51,012 bases of DNA from Thermoplasmata archaeon (GTDB lineage Archaea > Thermoplasmatota > Thermoplasmata > Halarchaeoplasmatales > Halarchaeoplasmataceae): assembly GCA_003555395.1 (NCBI GenBank), contig PWHU01000077.1:1-51012 (forward strand). The letters run 5' to 3'. This document shows, piece after piece, positions 16,509 through 25,081 of this stretch; the stretch's first letter is position 1; each line of letters begins with the position of its first letter. The notes under the pieces were generated by a model. The model had not been told where the DNA came from and ran no database searches. It saw only the letters and a program-made list of their open reading frames with translations. A program made the position numbers and the translations under genes.

Positions 16509-18338
16509 TCAGATAACTATGCTGACTCTTTTTCCTCTGTTAGTGTCCTCTAAAAGACGTCTTCCAACTCTTGTGCCCTTTCTCACCTTTATAGTGCCGT
16601 CCTCACCGACTGTCAAGGTCGAAAGGTATTCGTCATCTGAGTAAATATCAACGCTTTTTTTAGCGTATTCTACTCCCACATCTATGACTATCTTTTCTTT
16701 CTCTATGAATATATCTACGTCCATCATCTCGGATTCCGTTCTTTCACGAATTTTACCACCGCCTAATGGTTGCACGTCGATGCTCATCCCCAGCCCCTCT
16801 TCTATCCTGGAGATGTTCCTGCCGTTCTTACCAAGGAGCGAAGCTATCTCGCTCTCGGGTACATAGACCGTGATCCTGTCTGATGAATCGACTTCTACTT
16901 CGACACGCCCTCTAACATGTCTGCTCAATTCCCTCTCTATTTCTCTCTCCGCCATGTTCCATACGGGTTTTTCTAAACTGCCTTCGGTTTCCTCTACAGG
17001 CATCACCACCACCTGCTCGCCGTAGGAGTAAACTTCGAACTCGACTATCCCTGTCTCGAAATCTTTCACCTCGATAACCGGTCTAGCTAGATCTTCTTCC
17101 ATCATGCCCGCCGGCACCTTGACGGTATAGCTTACATCGTAAACCTTGTTTATTTGACCGTCTTCAACATAGATCACCGTATCGACCACCTGCGGGACCA
17201 TACCTAGTTCTACTCTACCTATCAGTCTTTGGAGGGCATCTATAGCTCGACTCGCGTGTGTCACCCCGATCATGCCGACGCCGGCTAATCTCATGTCTGC
17301 GAAGACCTTAAAATCCGGTGTCTTTCTCACCTCGTCGTAGATGGTGTAATCCGGTCTTACCAGGAGTAAAATGTCACCGGTATCCTCCATCTTCCCTGCT
17401 AAGCTGGTATACTGGGTGATCTCGTCTCCTACCTGTAAGTCTCTAGGGTCTTCCATGGTCTTCACCGTATAATCCAAGTCCTTTAGATAGACGGCTATCG
17501 CTTGAGCCAACGTACTTTTTCCGGCACCGGGAGAACCGGATAAAAGGACACCCCGCTGCCTTTCAGCCAACCGTTCCTTCAACTCATCGGACAATCTATA
17601 ATCGTCCAATTCTACCTTAGCTACGGGTTTCACCGCCGTGATCTCGAAACCGTCGGAAAAAGGAGGTCTAGCTATCACTATACGGATATCCTCGAGCTGG
17701 ACAACCGTAGCACCGCCTTTATCGACTTCTATGAAACCTTCAGAAGACCTTTTAGCGCTTTCTATTATGTCATGAGCTATTTCGTTCAGTTCTTTTTCAT
17801 CCAAGACGCGTTCCTCTATGATACGTATACTAACGTTTCCAGGAGTACCCACCTTCGCCTTAGGCTTGTCTCCTTTGCGTAGATGTACCGACATGACGTT
17901 CTCGTCGAAGTAGTCTCGTATGCTCTTCCCTTTTTTTTCTTCTCTACTTTCTGGTTCGAGATAGTCCACATCTAAACCTTTAGCCCTGCCCACTTCCGAT
18001 TGAACGATATCGCTGGTGAGCAGAGTCGCATCTTCTTCGAGAGCCATGGAACGTATCATCGAATCTATCTCGCCGCTTGAACTAGCTTCCATCTCCTCGA
18101 CAGTAGGTCTTTCGCCGGCGAAAGAAAGCTTTATCTTTCCCTCCTCGTGGTACTCCCTCAATTTTTGTATCTCCTCGATACCGCTCAACCCTGTTTCTTG
18201 GCCCCTATTGGCCTGGCCTTCCAACTCGAGTAGAACTGCTTCAGGGATGATTATATGCGCTTCCTCGTAAAGTCCCTCTTCTATCCTGTCAGTGACTCGG
18301 CCGTCGATTATAACGCTAGTATCGGGTACTATCTTCAT
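16509..18338 (-). CDS. PIN-domain / PilT-like ATPase / KH-domain protein (archaeal PINA-type ATPase, COG1855)
   Basis: N-terminal PIN domain ([14 protein letters not shown]...), Walker [17 protein letters not shown], and a C-terminal KH-like [20 protein letters not shown]. Confidence 0.85.
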   Translation of the reverse strand: MKIVPDTSVIIDGRVTDRIEEGLYEEAHIIIPEAVLLELEGQANRGQETGLSGIEEIQKLREYHEEGKIKLSFAGERPTVEEMEASSSGEIDSMIRSMALEEDATLLTSDIVQSEVGRAKGLDVDYLEPESREEKKGKSIRDYFDENVMSVHLRKGDKPKAKVGTPGNVSIRIIEERVLDEKELNEIAHDIIESAKRSSEGFIEVDKGGATVVQLEDIRIVIARPPFSDGFEITAVKPVAKVELDDYRLSDELKERLAERQRGVLLSGSPGAGKSTLAQAIAVYLKDLDYTVKTMEDPRDLQVGDEITQYTSLAGKMEDTGDILLLVRPDYTIYDEVRKTPDFKVFADMRLAGVGMIGVTHASRAIDALQRLIGRVELGMVPQVVDTVIYVEDGQINKVYDVSYTVKVPAGMMEEDLARPVIEVKDFETGIVEFEVYSYGEQVVVMPVEETEGSLEKPVWNMAEREIERELSRHVRGRVEVEVDSSDRITVYVPESEIASLLGKNGRNISRIEEGLGMSIDVQPLGGGKIRERTESEMMDVDIFIEKEKIVIDVGVEYAKKSVDIYSDDEYLSTLTVGEDGTIKVRKGTRVGRRLLEDTNRGKRVSIVI

Positions 18339-18673
18339 GTGCTATCTATCAGTTATATTGGGGTTAAATACTTTTGGCCCATAGTAAAGTTTCTTAAAGA
18401 CCATTTCAAAATCCATCGTCCGACATTTTCATATTATAACTGTTACTAAATCTTGATCTTTTAACCGAGCCTGAAATAAACATGCTCGGATCTTTAGATC
18501 CGCTCGCCGTAAGGTGAAATACGAACGTGAATCGATCTTTCTTTAGTTCTGTCAGACGCCGGCCTTTTTCAGGGTCTAAAAAGCTCGAAAAACCCGGGAT
18601 TTAGGGGTAAAAATCCTGGATATTAGCGAAACATATTTATATTAATAGTCTATTCCCCATCTGGAGGTCGGTG

Positions 18674-18928
18674 ATGACATCGACCCCGTCTAATGGAGGA
18701 AAAAAAATGAGCATGGAAAAAATAAGCGTAAGCAAAGCAAGAGAGATAGCCGAAAATAAAAACCTAAAACCAGGTTTGGTAAAGGGTACTGACGGCATCC
18801 AGTTCACGAAGGGGAATAACGACAGGATAAAGACCATCTCTTGGGACGAATTCCAAGAAAAACTGGACGAAAGAGACCTTGCAGTTTACGAATCCGGCGG
18901 CTGGATGAAGATAATGAGCGAGGACTAA
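18674..18928 (+). CDS. Small hypothetical protein
   Basis: Two candidate starts each have a GGAGG upstream: ATG 18674 (6-nt spacing) and ATG 18707 (8-nt spacing, MSMEKISVSKAREIAE...). No recognisable domain. Confidence 0.55.
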   Translation: MTSTPSNGGKKMSMEKISVSKAREIAENKNLKPGLVKGTDGIQFTKGNNDRIKTISWDEFQEKLDERDLAVYESGGWMKIMSED

Positions 18929-18966
18929 GAAAAACTTAGTCCTCCTCCCTTTCTTTCTTTTTTTTT
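18921..18966 (+). terminator. Perfect 9-bp hairpin spanning the stop codon, followed by a T-rich tract
   Basis: AGGACTAAG (18921..18929), loop AAAAA, CTTAGTCCT (18935..18943), then CCTCCCTTTCTTTCTTTTTTTTT. Confidence 0.5.
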
Positions 18967-19009
18967 CGAGACTAAATCTTTTTTACCATCCCTTCTATAC
19001 TAATCAAAA

Positions 19010-20686
19010 ATGATCGAGATAACTGATAGATGGGGTCTAGCGAAAAAAGGAACGTGGGAGTTCAACGAACAAAAGATACAGCTGCCGAATATATTCTTCC
19101 TCGAGAGTGAATATTTTGTTCCCCCTGATGATGCTGAGATCACTATCTCTACAGATAAAGACTCGACTTTTAACTTACCAAAATCTTTTTTTCGAACTTC
19201 TATAGACTTCACGTTCCCAGCCCCTTTCGCTTACCCCGAGGGCATAGGCGACGGCCTAGTCGAAACAAGAGGAGATCACCCAAAGATCCAAATAATTTAC
19301 GATCAGGAGCCGGACCCTGATGCTGAACTCTACGTTATCGGAAACGCCCCCGAGCTTTTACAAAGAAGTGGCCTACTTTACGAGAAGTTGGTGGGATTGA
19401 GAGAGAGACTCTCATTTCATAAGTTGATATACGCCCCAGGGATAACCCTGCCCCAGAACATGGCTCTGCTGGCTTATCTCGGTGTCGACCTTTTCGACTC
19501 TTCCCTTTCTGAATTGATGGGTTTGGACAACGTCGCTTTGACCGATTGGATGGAATTTGCGGGAGAGACGGAAGGCAACGACCAAGCTTTATCAAGAGAA
19601 TTGGAACTGATCAGGAAGGGTATAGAGAGCGGCAGGATAAGAGAGCTGGTAGAGAGCAGGGTTAGGACTCAACCATGGATGGTAGAGGCCCTGAGAGCCG
19701 CTGATAAGGATTATCAGGTGTTTTCCGAGGGCGTACCTGTAACAGGAGGTACTCTCAATGCTACCACTAGGGAGAGTTTGAACAGACCCGATATAAAGAG
19801 ATTTATAAGGAGGATAAAAAAGAGATACGAGCCGCCAGAAAGGGACGTGTTGCTCCTTTTACCGTGCTCGGCTAGAAAACCGTACTTTCTCTCGAACACT
19901 CACAGGAGGATAAGACACGCCACTCAACAGGGAGATTGGACGGCACTCCAGGAAGTCATACTCACATCACCATTAGGAGCGGTGCCCAGAGAACTTGAGC
20001 AGTTCTATCCAGCTCAGCAATATGATATCCCTGTATCGGATGAATGGTTTCAAAGTGAAAAAGAGTTGATCATCGAACAGTTGAAGACGATAATGGATAA
20101 ACGGAATTATGAAAAGATCATATCCCACCTTCCGAAGAACATGTCTTTCGTTGCAGACGATATAGACTGTGTAAACACAACTAAAGGTGCACATCCGACT
20201 TCCGAAGAAGCATTAGAAAGACTAGCTCAAGCAGTAAAAAGATATGCTGGAGACGACCTAGGCAGCGTTCCAAATTACTTGAAAGAGAATATGAGTTCTT
20301 TCGCGATATTTCAATTCGGAGAAGACGGAAAAGCCCTCCTCGAAGGTACGGAAGTCAAGGGAAGGTATCCTCGTTACAAGATAATAGATGGAGATGAACA
20401 AAGAGGGATGTTAGTTCCTGAAAGAGGTTTGATCTCCTTGACATTAGAGGGCGCCCAAAGGTTGAAGGAGAAGAACGTTTACCAGGCACAAATCGATGAT
20501 TTTAAACCCAAAGGCAGCGTTTTCGCCGTAGGCGTGAGGGAAGCTGATCATAAGATCAGGCCGGAAGACGAAGTGTTAGTGTTACACGAAGATGAGTTGA
20601 GAGGTGTGGGCCCCGCTACCATGTCGGGAAGAGAGATGGAGGATGCGGAAAAAGGCGAAGCCGTTAGACTGAGACATTATAGTTGA
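19010..20686 (+). CDS. arcS: Archaeosine synthase (ArcS-like; DUF5591 plus PUA domains)
   Basis: 558 aa. It has the LLLLPCSARKPYFLSNTHRRI motif (PCxxxKP of the ArcS/DUF5591 module), a TGT-like N-terminal region and a C-terminal PUA-like segment (VFAVGVREADHKIRPEDEVLVLHEDELRGVGPATMSGREM). Confidence 0.75.
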   Translation: MIEITDRWGLAKKGTWEFNEQKIQLPNIFFLESEYFVPPDDAEITISTDKDSTFNLPKSFFRTSIDFTFPAPFAYPEGIGDGLVETRGDHPKIQIIYDQEPDPDAELYVIGNAPELLQRSGLLYEKLVGLRERLSFHKLIYAPGITLPQNMALLAYLGVDLFDSSLSELMGLDNVALTDWMEFAGETEGNDQALSRELELIRKGIESGRIRELVESRVRTQPWMVEALRAADKDYQVFSEGVPVTGGTLNATTRESLNRPDIKRFIRRIKKRYEPPERDVLLLLPCSARKPYFLSNTHRRIRHATQQGDWTALQEVILTSPLGAVPRELEQFYPAQQYDIPVSDEWFQSEKELIIEQLKTIMDKRNYEKIISHLPKNMSFVADDIDCVNTTKGAHPTSEEALERLAQAVKRYAGDDLGSVPNYLKENMSSFAIFQFGEDGKALLEGTEVKGRYPRYKIIDGDEQRGMLVPERGLISLTLEGAQRLKEKNVYQAQIDDFKPKGSVFAVGVREADHKIRPEDEVLVLHEDELRGVGPATMSGREMEDAEKGEAVRLRHYS

Positions 20687-20693
20687 AACACTT

Positions 20694-22226
20694 TCAGCAG
20701 ACCTTCTCCACTTTTGGATGCTCCTCCAAGATCATGCCTTCCACCTTTAAGGGTTTAAGGTGATTGGCGGCTTTCACCGCCTTCTTCAACTCGCTCTTAC
20801 TTTCCGAATAGATCGTGTAAAGTACTTCGTCCCTTTCTACCTTATCTCCCTTTTTCTTATCCAAGAACAGGCCGGCCCCTTTACAGTGAGGCCCTCCTGC
20901 CGCCCTCACGATATTTATTATCTGATGGTTGTTTATACTGTCAACATAGCCCTCTTCCACTGCCCGGATGTCTTCAGAATATTCTCCTATCTCGACATCA
21001 TCGGACGTAACCTCAGGATCTCCACCCTGCTTATCTATTATCTGTTTCATCTTATCCAGGGCTTCGCCGCTGTTCAGCAATCGTTTAGCCTCTTCTTTAC
21101 CGTCACTTATACCGCCCTGTTCAAGTACCATGCCCGCAAGAGTGGTAGATTTTTCTATCAAACTTGAAGGCACATCCTTTCCTTCAAGGGCCATCAACGC
21201 TTCTTTAGCCTCTATGGCCGGTCCGACAGCTCTACCAACGGGCTGGCCTCCGTAACTCAAGGCACATCTGGTTTCTATGCCTATATCCTCGCCGAGAGAG
21301 ACAAAATCTCTTGCGTATTTTCTTCCTTTCTCTATGGTCTCCACTTTGGTGTTCTCTCCCACAGGGATGTCCATCACCAGATATTCGGCTCCGGCGGCTT
21401 TCTTTTTTGATAGAACGGAAGCTAGTACCTGAGCGTAAGGATCTATCCTCAAGGGATATTCGGCTCTTATGATCATGTCGTCACTGGGCGCTAGATTTAC
21501 CGCACCACCCCATGCTATAGTACCTCCGACATCTTCCGCTATCTCCTTTATCTCGTTCACGCTCAGACACACGTTGGCCAATGTCTCGAATATATCTGCG
21601 GTTCCTCCGGCGCTGGAGATAGCTCTTGAGCTGGTTTTTGGGATCATGAGGCCTGCAGCTGCCACTATAGGGACTATGAGCAGCGTTATCTTGTTTCCGG
21701 GAACACCGCCTATACTGTGATGATCGAAGACAGGATGTTCATCAAATTCGATCCTGTCGCCTGTATCGATCATGGCATGGATTAGATCTTTTATCTCCCT
21801 GTTGCTCATACCGTTGGCGTAGACTCCGGATACGTAGGCTGAAAGCTCTATATCCGAGAGACGTCCTTCTACTATATCTTGGATTATCTCGTTTATTCCA
21901 TGGGTGGACAATTCTTCACCTTCCAATTTTTCTTTTATATGCTCGATAGATTCGGGTCTTCTCGCCTGGACTACTTTCAATTCGTCCCCTTGGGTAACCT
22001 TGAGGTCTTGGATAACTTTTTCTACTAGTCCTATCTCGCCCTTATCTATCAAACTCTCTGATATCTCAACCACAGCCGTGGTGTTTCTCCCCTCTTTGTT
22101 CACGCTCACTCTACTCTGGCTCCGCAGTCCCATCCTTTCTGCATCATCTCTGTGTAGTATCACTAAATGATCTCCTGATTCCAGGTCTATCTTTTTGCCT
22201 TTCAATTTCATCGGTTTCACATCCAT
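20694..22226 (-). CDS. deoA: AMP phosphorylase (thymidine phosphorylase family, archaeal type)
   Basis: About 505 aa, with the extra N-terminal domain typical of AMPpase, plus HSIGGVPGNK, SSRAISSAGGTAD and PVGRAVGPAIEAKEAL. ATG 22211 (MKLKGKKIDL) is an equally plausible start. Confidence 0.85.
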   Translation of the reverse strand: MDVKPMKLKGKKIDLESGDHLVILHRDDAERMGLRSQSRVSVNKEGRNTTAVVEISESLIDKGEIGLVEKVIQDLKVTQGDELKVVQARRPESIEHIKEKLEGEELSTHGINEIIQDIVEGRLSDIELSAYVSGVYANGMSNREIKDLIHAMIDTGDRIEFDEHPVFDHHSIGGVPGNKITLLIVPIVAAAGLMIPKTSSRAISSAGGTADIFETLANVCLSVNEIKEIAEDVGGTIAWGGAVNLAPSDDMIIRAEYPLRIDPYAQVLASVLSKKKAAGAEYLVMDIPVGENTKVETIEKGRKYARDFVSLGEDIGIETRCALSYGGQPVGRAVGPAIEAKEALMALEGKDVPSSLIEKSTTLAGMVLEQGGISDGKEEAKRLLNSGEALDKMKQIIDKQGGDPEVTSDDVEIGEYSEDIRAVEEGYVDSINNHQIINIVRAAGGPHCKGAGLFLDKKKGDKVERDEVLYTIYSESKSELKKAVKAANHLKPLKVEGMILEEHPKVEKVC

Positions 22227-23446
22227 TTATCAAGGGCCTTTTTCAATTCTAGATGCTCTTTTGCATATTCTTTCAGTTCTATACCTTTGACGGCCGCGTC
22301 TACGGCCTGTGAAAGAGCTTTCGCTCCTGCTCTCACACCGTCAGGATGCCCCGAGACACCGCCGCCGGCTTGGATCTGTACGTCATTTCCGCTGTTTTCC
22401 ATCAGTTCGGGTATCAATCCTGGATGAAGCCCTCCGCTCGCCACGGGCATCATCCTTTTCAAACCGTGCATCTCGCCTAAAAGGGCTTCTTTGGACATCA
22501 ATTCTTCAGATATGTCGGCGTGCATCTTTCCAGTTCCGTAAGTACCGGTATGCAGCGCATCTCCTCCAGCCATCCTTACCAGTTTTGCTATCACGGGCAT
22601 GGATATACCGTGATCTGGATTTTTCGTGATAGCGCCGTGCATTGCCCTATGAACGTGGATAGGAACTTTGATCGATGGGTCTTCAGCAAGAGCTTGCAGG
22701 CCGGAAAAACCGACTGTCAAAACGTCCACCATCAACTGCCTAGCGCCGTTCTCCAAAGCTAGGTCGCCGGCTTCTAAAATTTTATGAACGCTGGTGCTTA
22801 TGTTGTGAGCGTGTATCATCTTGTGGCCTTCTTCCTCCAACAGATCCAACTTTTCACTCACATAAGACACTCTTTCTTCTAAAGGACAAAAATCCTGATC
22901 TACCAAAGTTTCGTCGTCCTTTGAGTTGGTAAGTCCGCCTTTTCCCGCCTCGTATACGTAATCGGAAAACTCTTCAGGAGGAAGACCTATCTTTGGCTTC
23001 ACTATAGTACCTACTAGAGGTTTTTCGGGTCTCCCCAATATCCCACGAAGACCTTCTATTCCCTGCTGAGGTCCAGGATACTTATTTACAATTTTAGACG
23101 GTAACTCTATATCTACCAAACGAACTCCGTCTAAAGAGTCAAGACCGAAAAGATTTCCTGCGATTATACTCAGTATTTGAGGGATCTCTCCGATCTCACC
23201 TGAAAAATCTATAACAGGGTAACCAATCCTAGTACGATCACCTTCCGCCTCCACTACTTTGGCGCCGTACCGCTCGAATATTTCATCCGACAAAGTTGTG
23301 GGATGTGTCCAAGTTCCGGTGGACTCCTCTTCAGCTATCCTTTTTCCCGCGGTCTCTATGTCAAGGTCACTTTTCACTGTATATTGGCATATCAGGTATC
23401 CTTCTGGGTCTAATTCTTCGTCCAATGCTAGATAGTCTATACTCAT
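22217..23446 (-). CDS. rbcL: Ribulose-1,5-bisphosphate carboxylase, form III large subunit
   Basis: All catalytic positions are recognisable: VKPKIGL (K175/K177), SKDDE (K201/D203/E204), HVHRAMH (H294/R295/H298), HTGTYGTGK (H327/K334), SGG and GGGVSGHP. At 409 aa it is at the short end for form III. Confidence 0.9.
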   Translation of the reverse strand: MSIDYLALDEELDPEGYLICQYTVKSDLDIETAGKRIAEEESTGTWTHPTTLSDEIFERYGAKVVEAEGDRTRIGYPVIDFSGEIGEIPQILSIIAGNLFGLDSLDGVRLVDIELPSKIVNKYPGPQQGIEGLRGILGRPEKPLVGTIVKPKIGLPPEEFSDYVYEAGKGGLTNSKDDETLVDQDFCPLEERVSYVSEKLDLLEEEGHKMIHAHNISTSVHKILEAGDLALENGARQLMVDVLTVGFSGLQALAEDPSIKVPIHVHRAMHGAITKNPDHGISMPVIAKLVRMAGGDALHTGTYGTGKMHADISEELMSKEALLGEMHGLKRMMPVASGGLHPGLIPELMENSGNDVQIQAGGGVSGHPDGVRAGAKALSQAVDAAVKGIELKEYAKEHLELKKALDKWM

Positions 23447-24366
23447 CTTATCATCTCCTCTATAATGCGATAAGCACCTTCGGGTGAGATCACGCCTTTC
23501 TCGGTGATTATCGAGTCTATATACTCTGATGGGGTGGCGTCGAAAACTGGATTGCTTATGTTAACACCCGGAAATTTTTTAGGGTCTACGATCTCCGATG
23601 GGTCCCGTTCCTCTATCGGGACAAGTTCGCCGAAGGTGCTTTTTCTCGAAAACTTGTAGGTTTCGGCGCAGACCGTTAGAGGGACTCTTGCCTCGTCGGC
23701 ACAAAGGGCTACCTGAGAAGTACCTATCTTGTTTATGACAGCGCCGTTAGATGCGATGGTGTCGGCACCTACGTACACCTTGTCGACCTTCTTGATCTTC
23801 GCCCTCACCGCCGAATCCACTATCAGCGTAACCGGTATACCTTCCTTTGAAAGCTCTTCGACCGTTATGTAACCCTGTTTTTTAGGCCGCGATTCAGTGG
23901 CTATAACGCTTATGTTCTTTCCATTGTTCCACGCGTACTTTATCGCCGCCAAGGCCATCGAGCTGTTGCAGTGCGTCAGGACCATGTCGTCATCGCTGAT
24001 CCTTCTACCGCCGTACTCGGCTATCTTGCTTTTTGCTCTGATAGAGTTATCGATGAAATCCGAGTAGTTATCACTTATCATTTCTTTCAATTGTTCTATA
24101 TCATCAGCTTTTCTCACTCCGTGCATCACGTATCTTAAACCGTTCTCTAAGGATACGGCGGTGGGCCTTGTAGAAAGCAATCTTACCTTGCATGTTTCAA
24201 GCTCTTCCAAAAGATCCGTCATGTCTTCATTTTCAAAATCTTCCCCGATTTTTTTCAGTGCGTAGGCCCCGGCTCTTGCTATCTCAGCGGCACCTCTTAT
24301 CTCCATAGATTCGATCTTCCTGGCGATCTCTTCTACCTCTAATCCCTCTATATCGTCTAAACCCAT
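23443..24366 (-). CDS. Ribose-1,5-bisphosphate isomerase (eIF-2B alpha/beta/delta-like)
   Basis: MEIRGAAEIARA, RPTAVSL, VLTHCNS, ATESRPKKQG, VGADTIASNGAVINKIGT and NPVFDATP. ATG 24366 fits the family N-terminus; the track's TTG at 24432 adds 22 atypical residues. Overlaps the rbcL start by 4 nt. Confidence 0.85.
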   Translation of the reverse strand: MGLDDIEGLEVEEIARKIESMEIRGAAEIARAGAYALKKIGEDFENEDMTDLLEELETCKVRLLSTRPTAVSLENGLRYVMHGVRKADDIEQLKEMISDNYSDFIDNSIRAKSKIAEYGGRRISDDDMVLTHCNSSMALAAIKYAWNNGKNISVIATESRPKKQGYITVEELSKEGIPVTLIVDSAVRAKIKKVDKVYVGADTIASNGAVINKIGTSQVALCADEARVPLTVCAETYKFSRKSTFGELVPIEERDPSEIVDPKKFPGVNISNPVFDATPSEYIDSIITEKGVISPEGAYRIIEEMIR

Positions 24367-24439
24367 GGGATGGAATATGCTTTTATGGGTAAAAAATCTT
24401 TGTGTGTTAAGGCTGAAAAAAAAGTCGATCAAACGATTT

Positions 24440-25081
24440 TTACAAATCCAGCCTTTCTAGTAAAAGTGAAAGGTCCTTCTTCTCTATTATCATGTCAGCC
24501 GCCTTTCGTACTTCGTTATCGCTGGGATTGAACGCTATGCCTACGCCGGCTTTTTTCAACATGGGAGCATCGATGTGACTGTTACCAACGGCGACACATC
24601 TTTTCTTTTTGACTCCTATATCTTTCACCAGTCTTTCAAAGATATCCCCCTTCTCTTTTAACTTCACTTCTACTATACCCTCACCCGTCAATTCACCTCC
24701 TTTCTCCTCGACATCGTTAGCGAGTATCCTATCGAAGTATCTACTTCCGATCATCTCGGCCAAAGGTTTCAAACCTCCGCTTATCACCGCAGTTGTGTAA
24801 TTTTCTCCAAGATAGGGTACACATTCATCGAACCCGTTCATCACAGGAGCTTCGCTCAATATGTTTACTACTTCCTCCTTTGAAATATCAGGGTTCATAG
24901 ATCTCCATAGACCAATATCCCTTCTTATGAATTCTAGATCGTCTATCTCATCGTTCATGTAGGCTCTCAAAGAATCTTCATTGTCCACGCCGAACCTGTC
25001 GTGGATCCACTTCCATGAACTGTGTGTGTCGACTAGAACGCCGTCCATGTCGAAAACGATCATCTCTTTTTTTGAAGTCAT
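24440..25081 (-). CDS. HAD-superfamily phosphatase (phosphoserine phosphatase-like)
   Basis: Motif I is VFDMDGVLVD, motif II is VISGG, and motifs III/IV are KGD...AVGNSHIDAPMLKKAGVGIAFNP. The start overlaps the upstream gene's stop (ATGA). Confidence 0.8.
   Translation of the reverse strand: MTSKKEMIVFDMDGVLVDTHSSWKWIHDRFGVDNEDSLRAYMNDEIDDLEFIRRDIGLWRSMNPDISKEEVVNILSEAPVMNGFDECVPYLGENYTTAVISGGLKPLAEMIGSRYFDRILANDVEEKGGELTGEGIVEVKLKEKGDIFERLVKDIGVKKKRCVAVGNSHIDAPMLKKAGVGIAFNPSDNEVRKAADMIIEKKDLSLLLERLDL

Noticed and set aside
22217-23446. RuBisCO-like protein (form IV, non-carboxylating) rather than a true RuBisCO.
   Set aside because: All carboxylase active-site residues are present (KPK, KDDE, HxHRxxH, HTG...K, SGG, GGG). 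The gene is also embedded with AMP phosphorylase and R15P isomerase.
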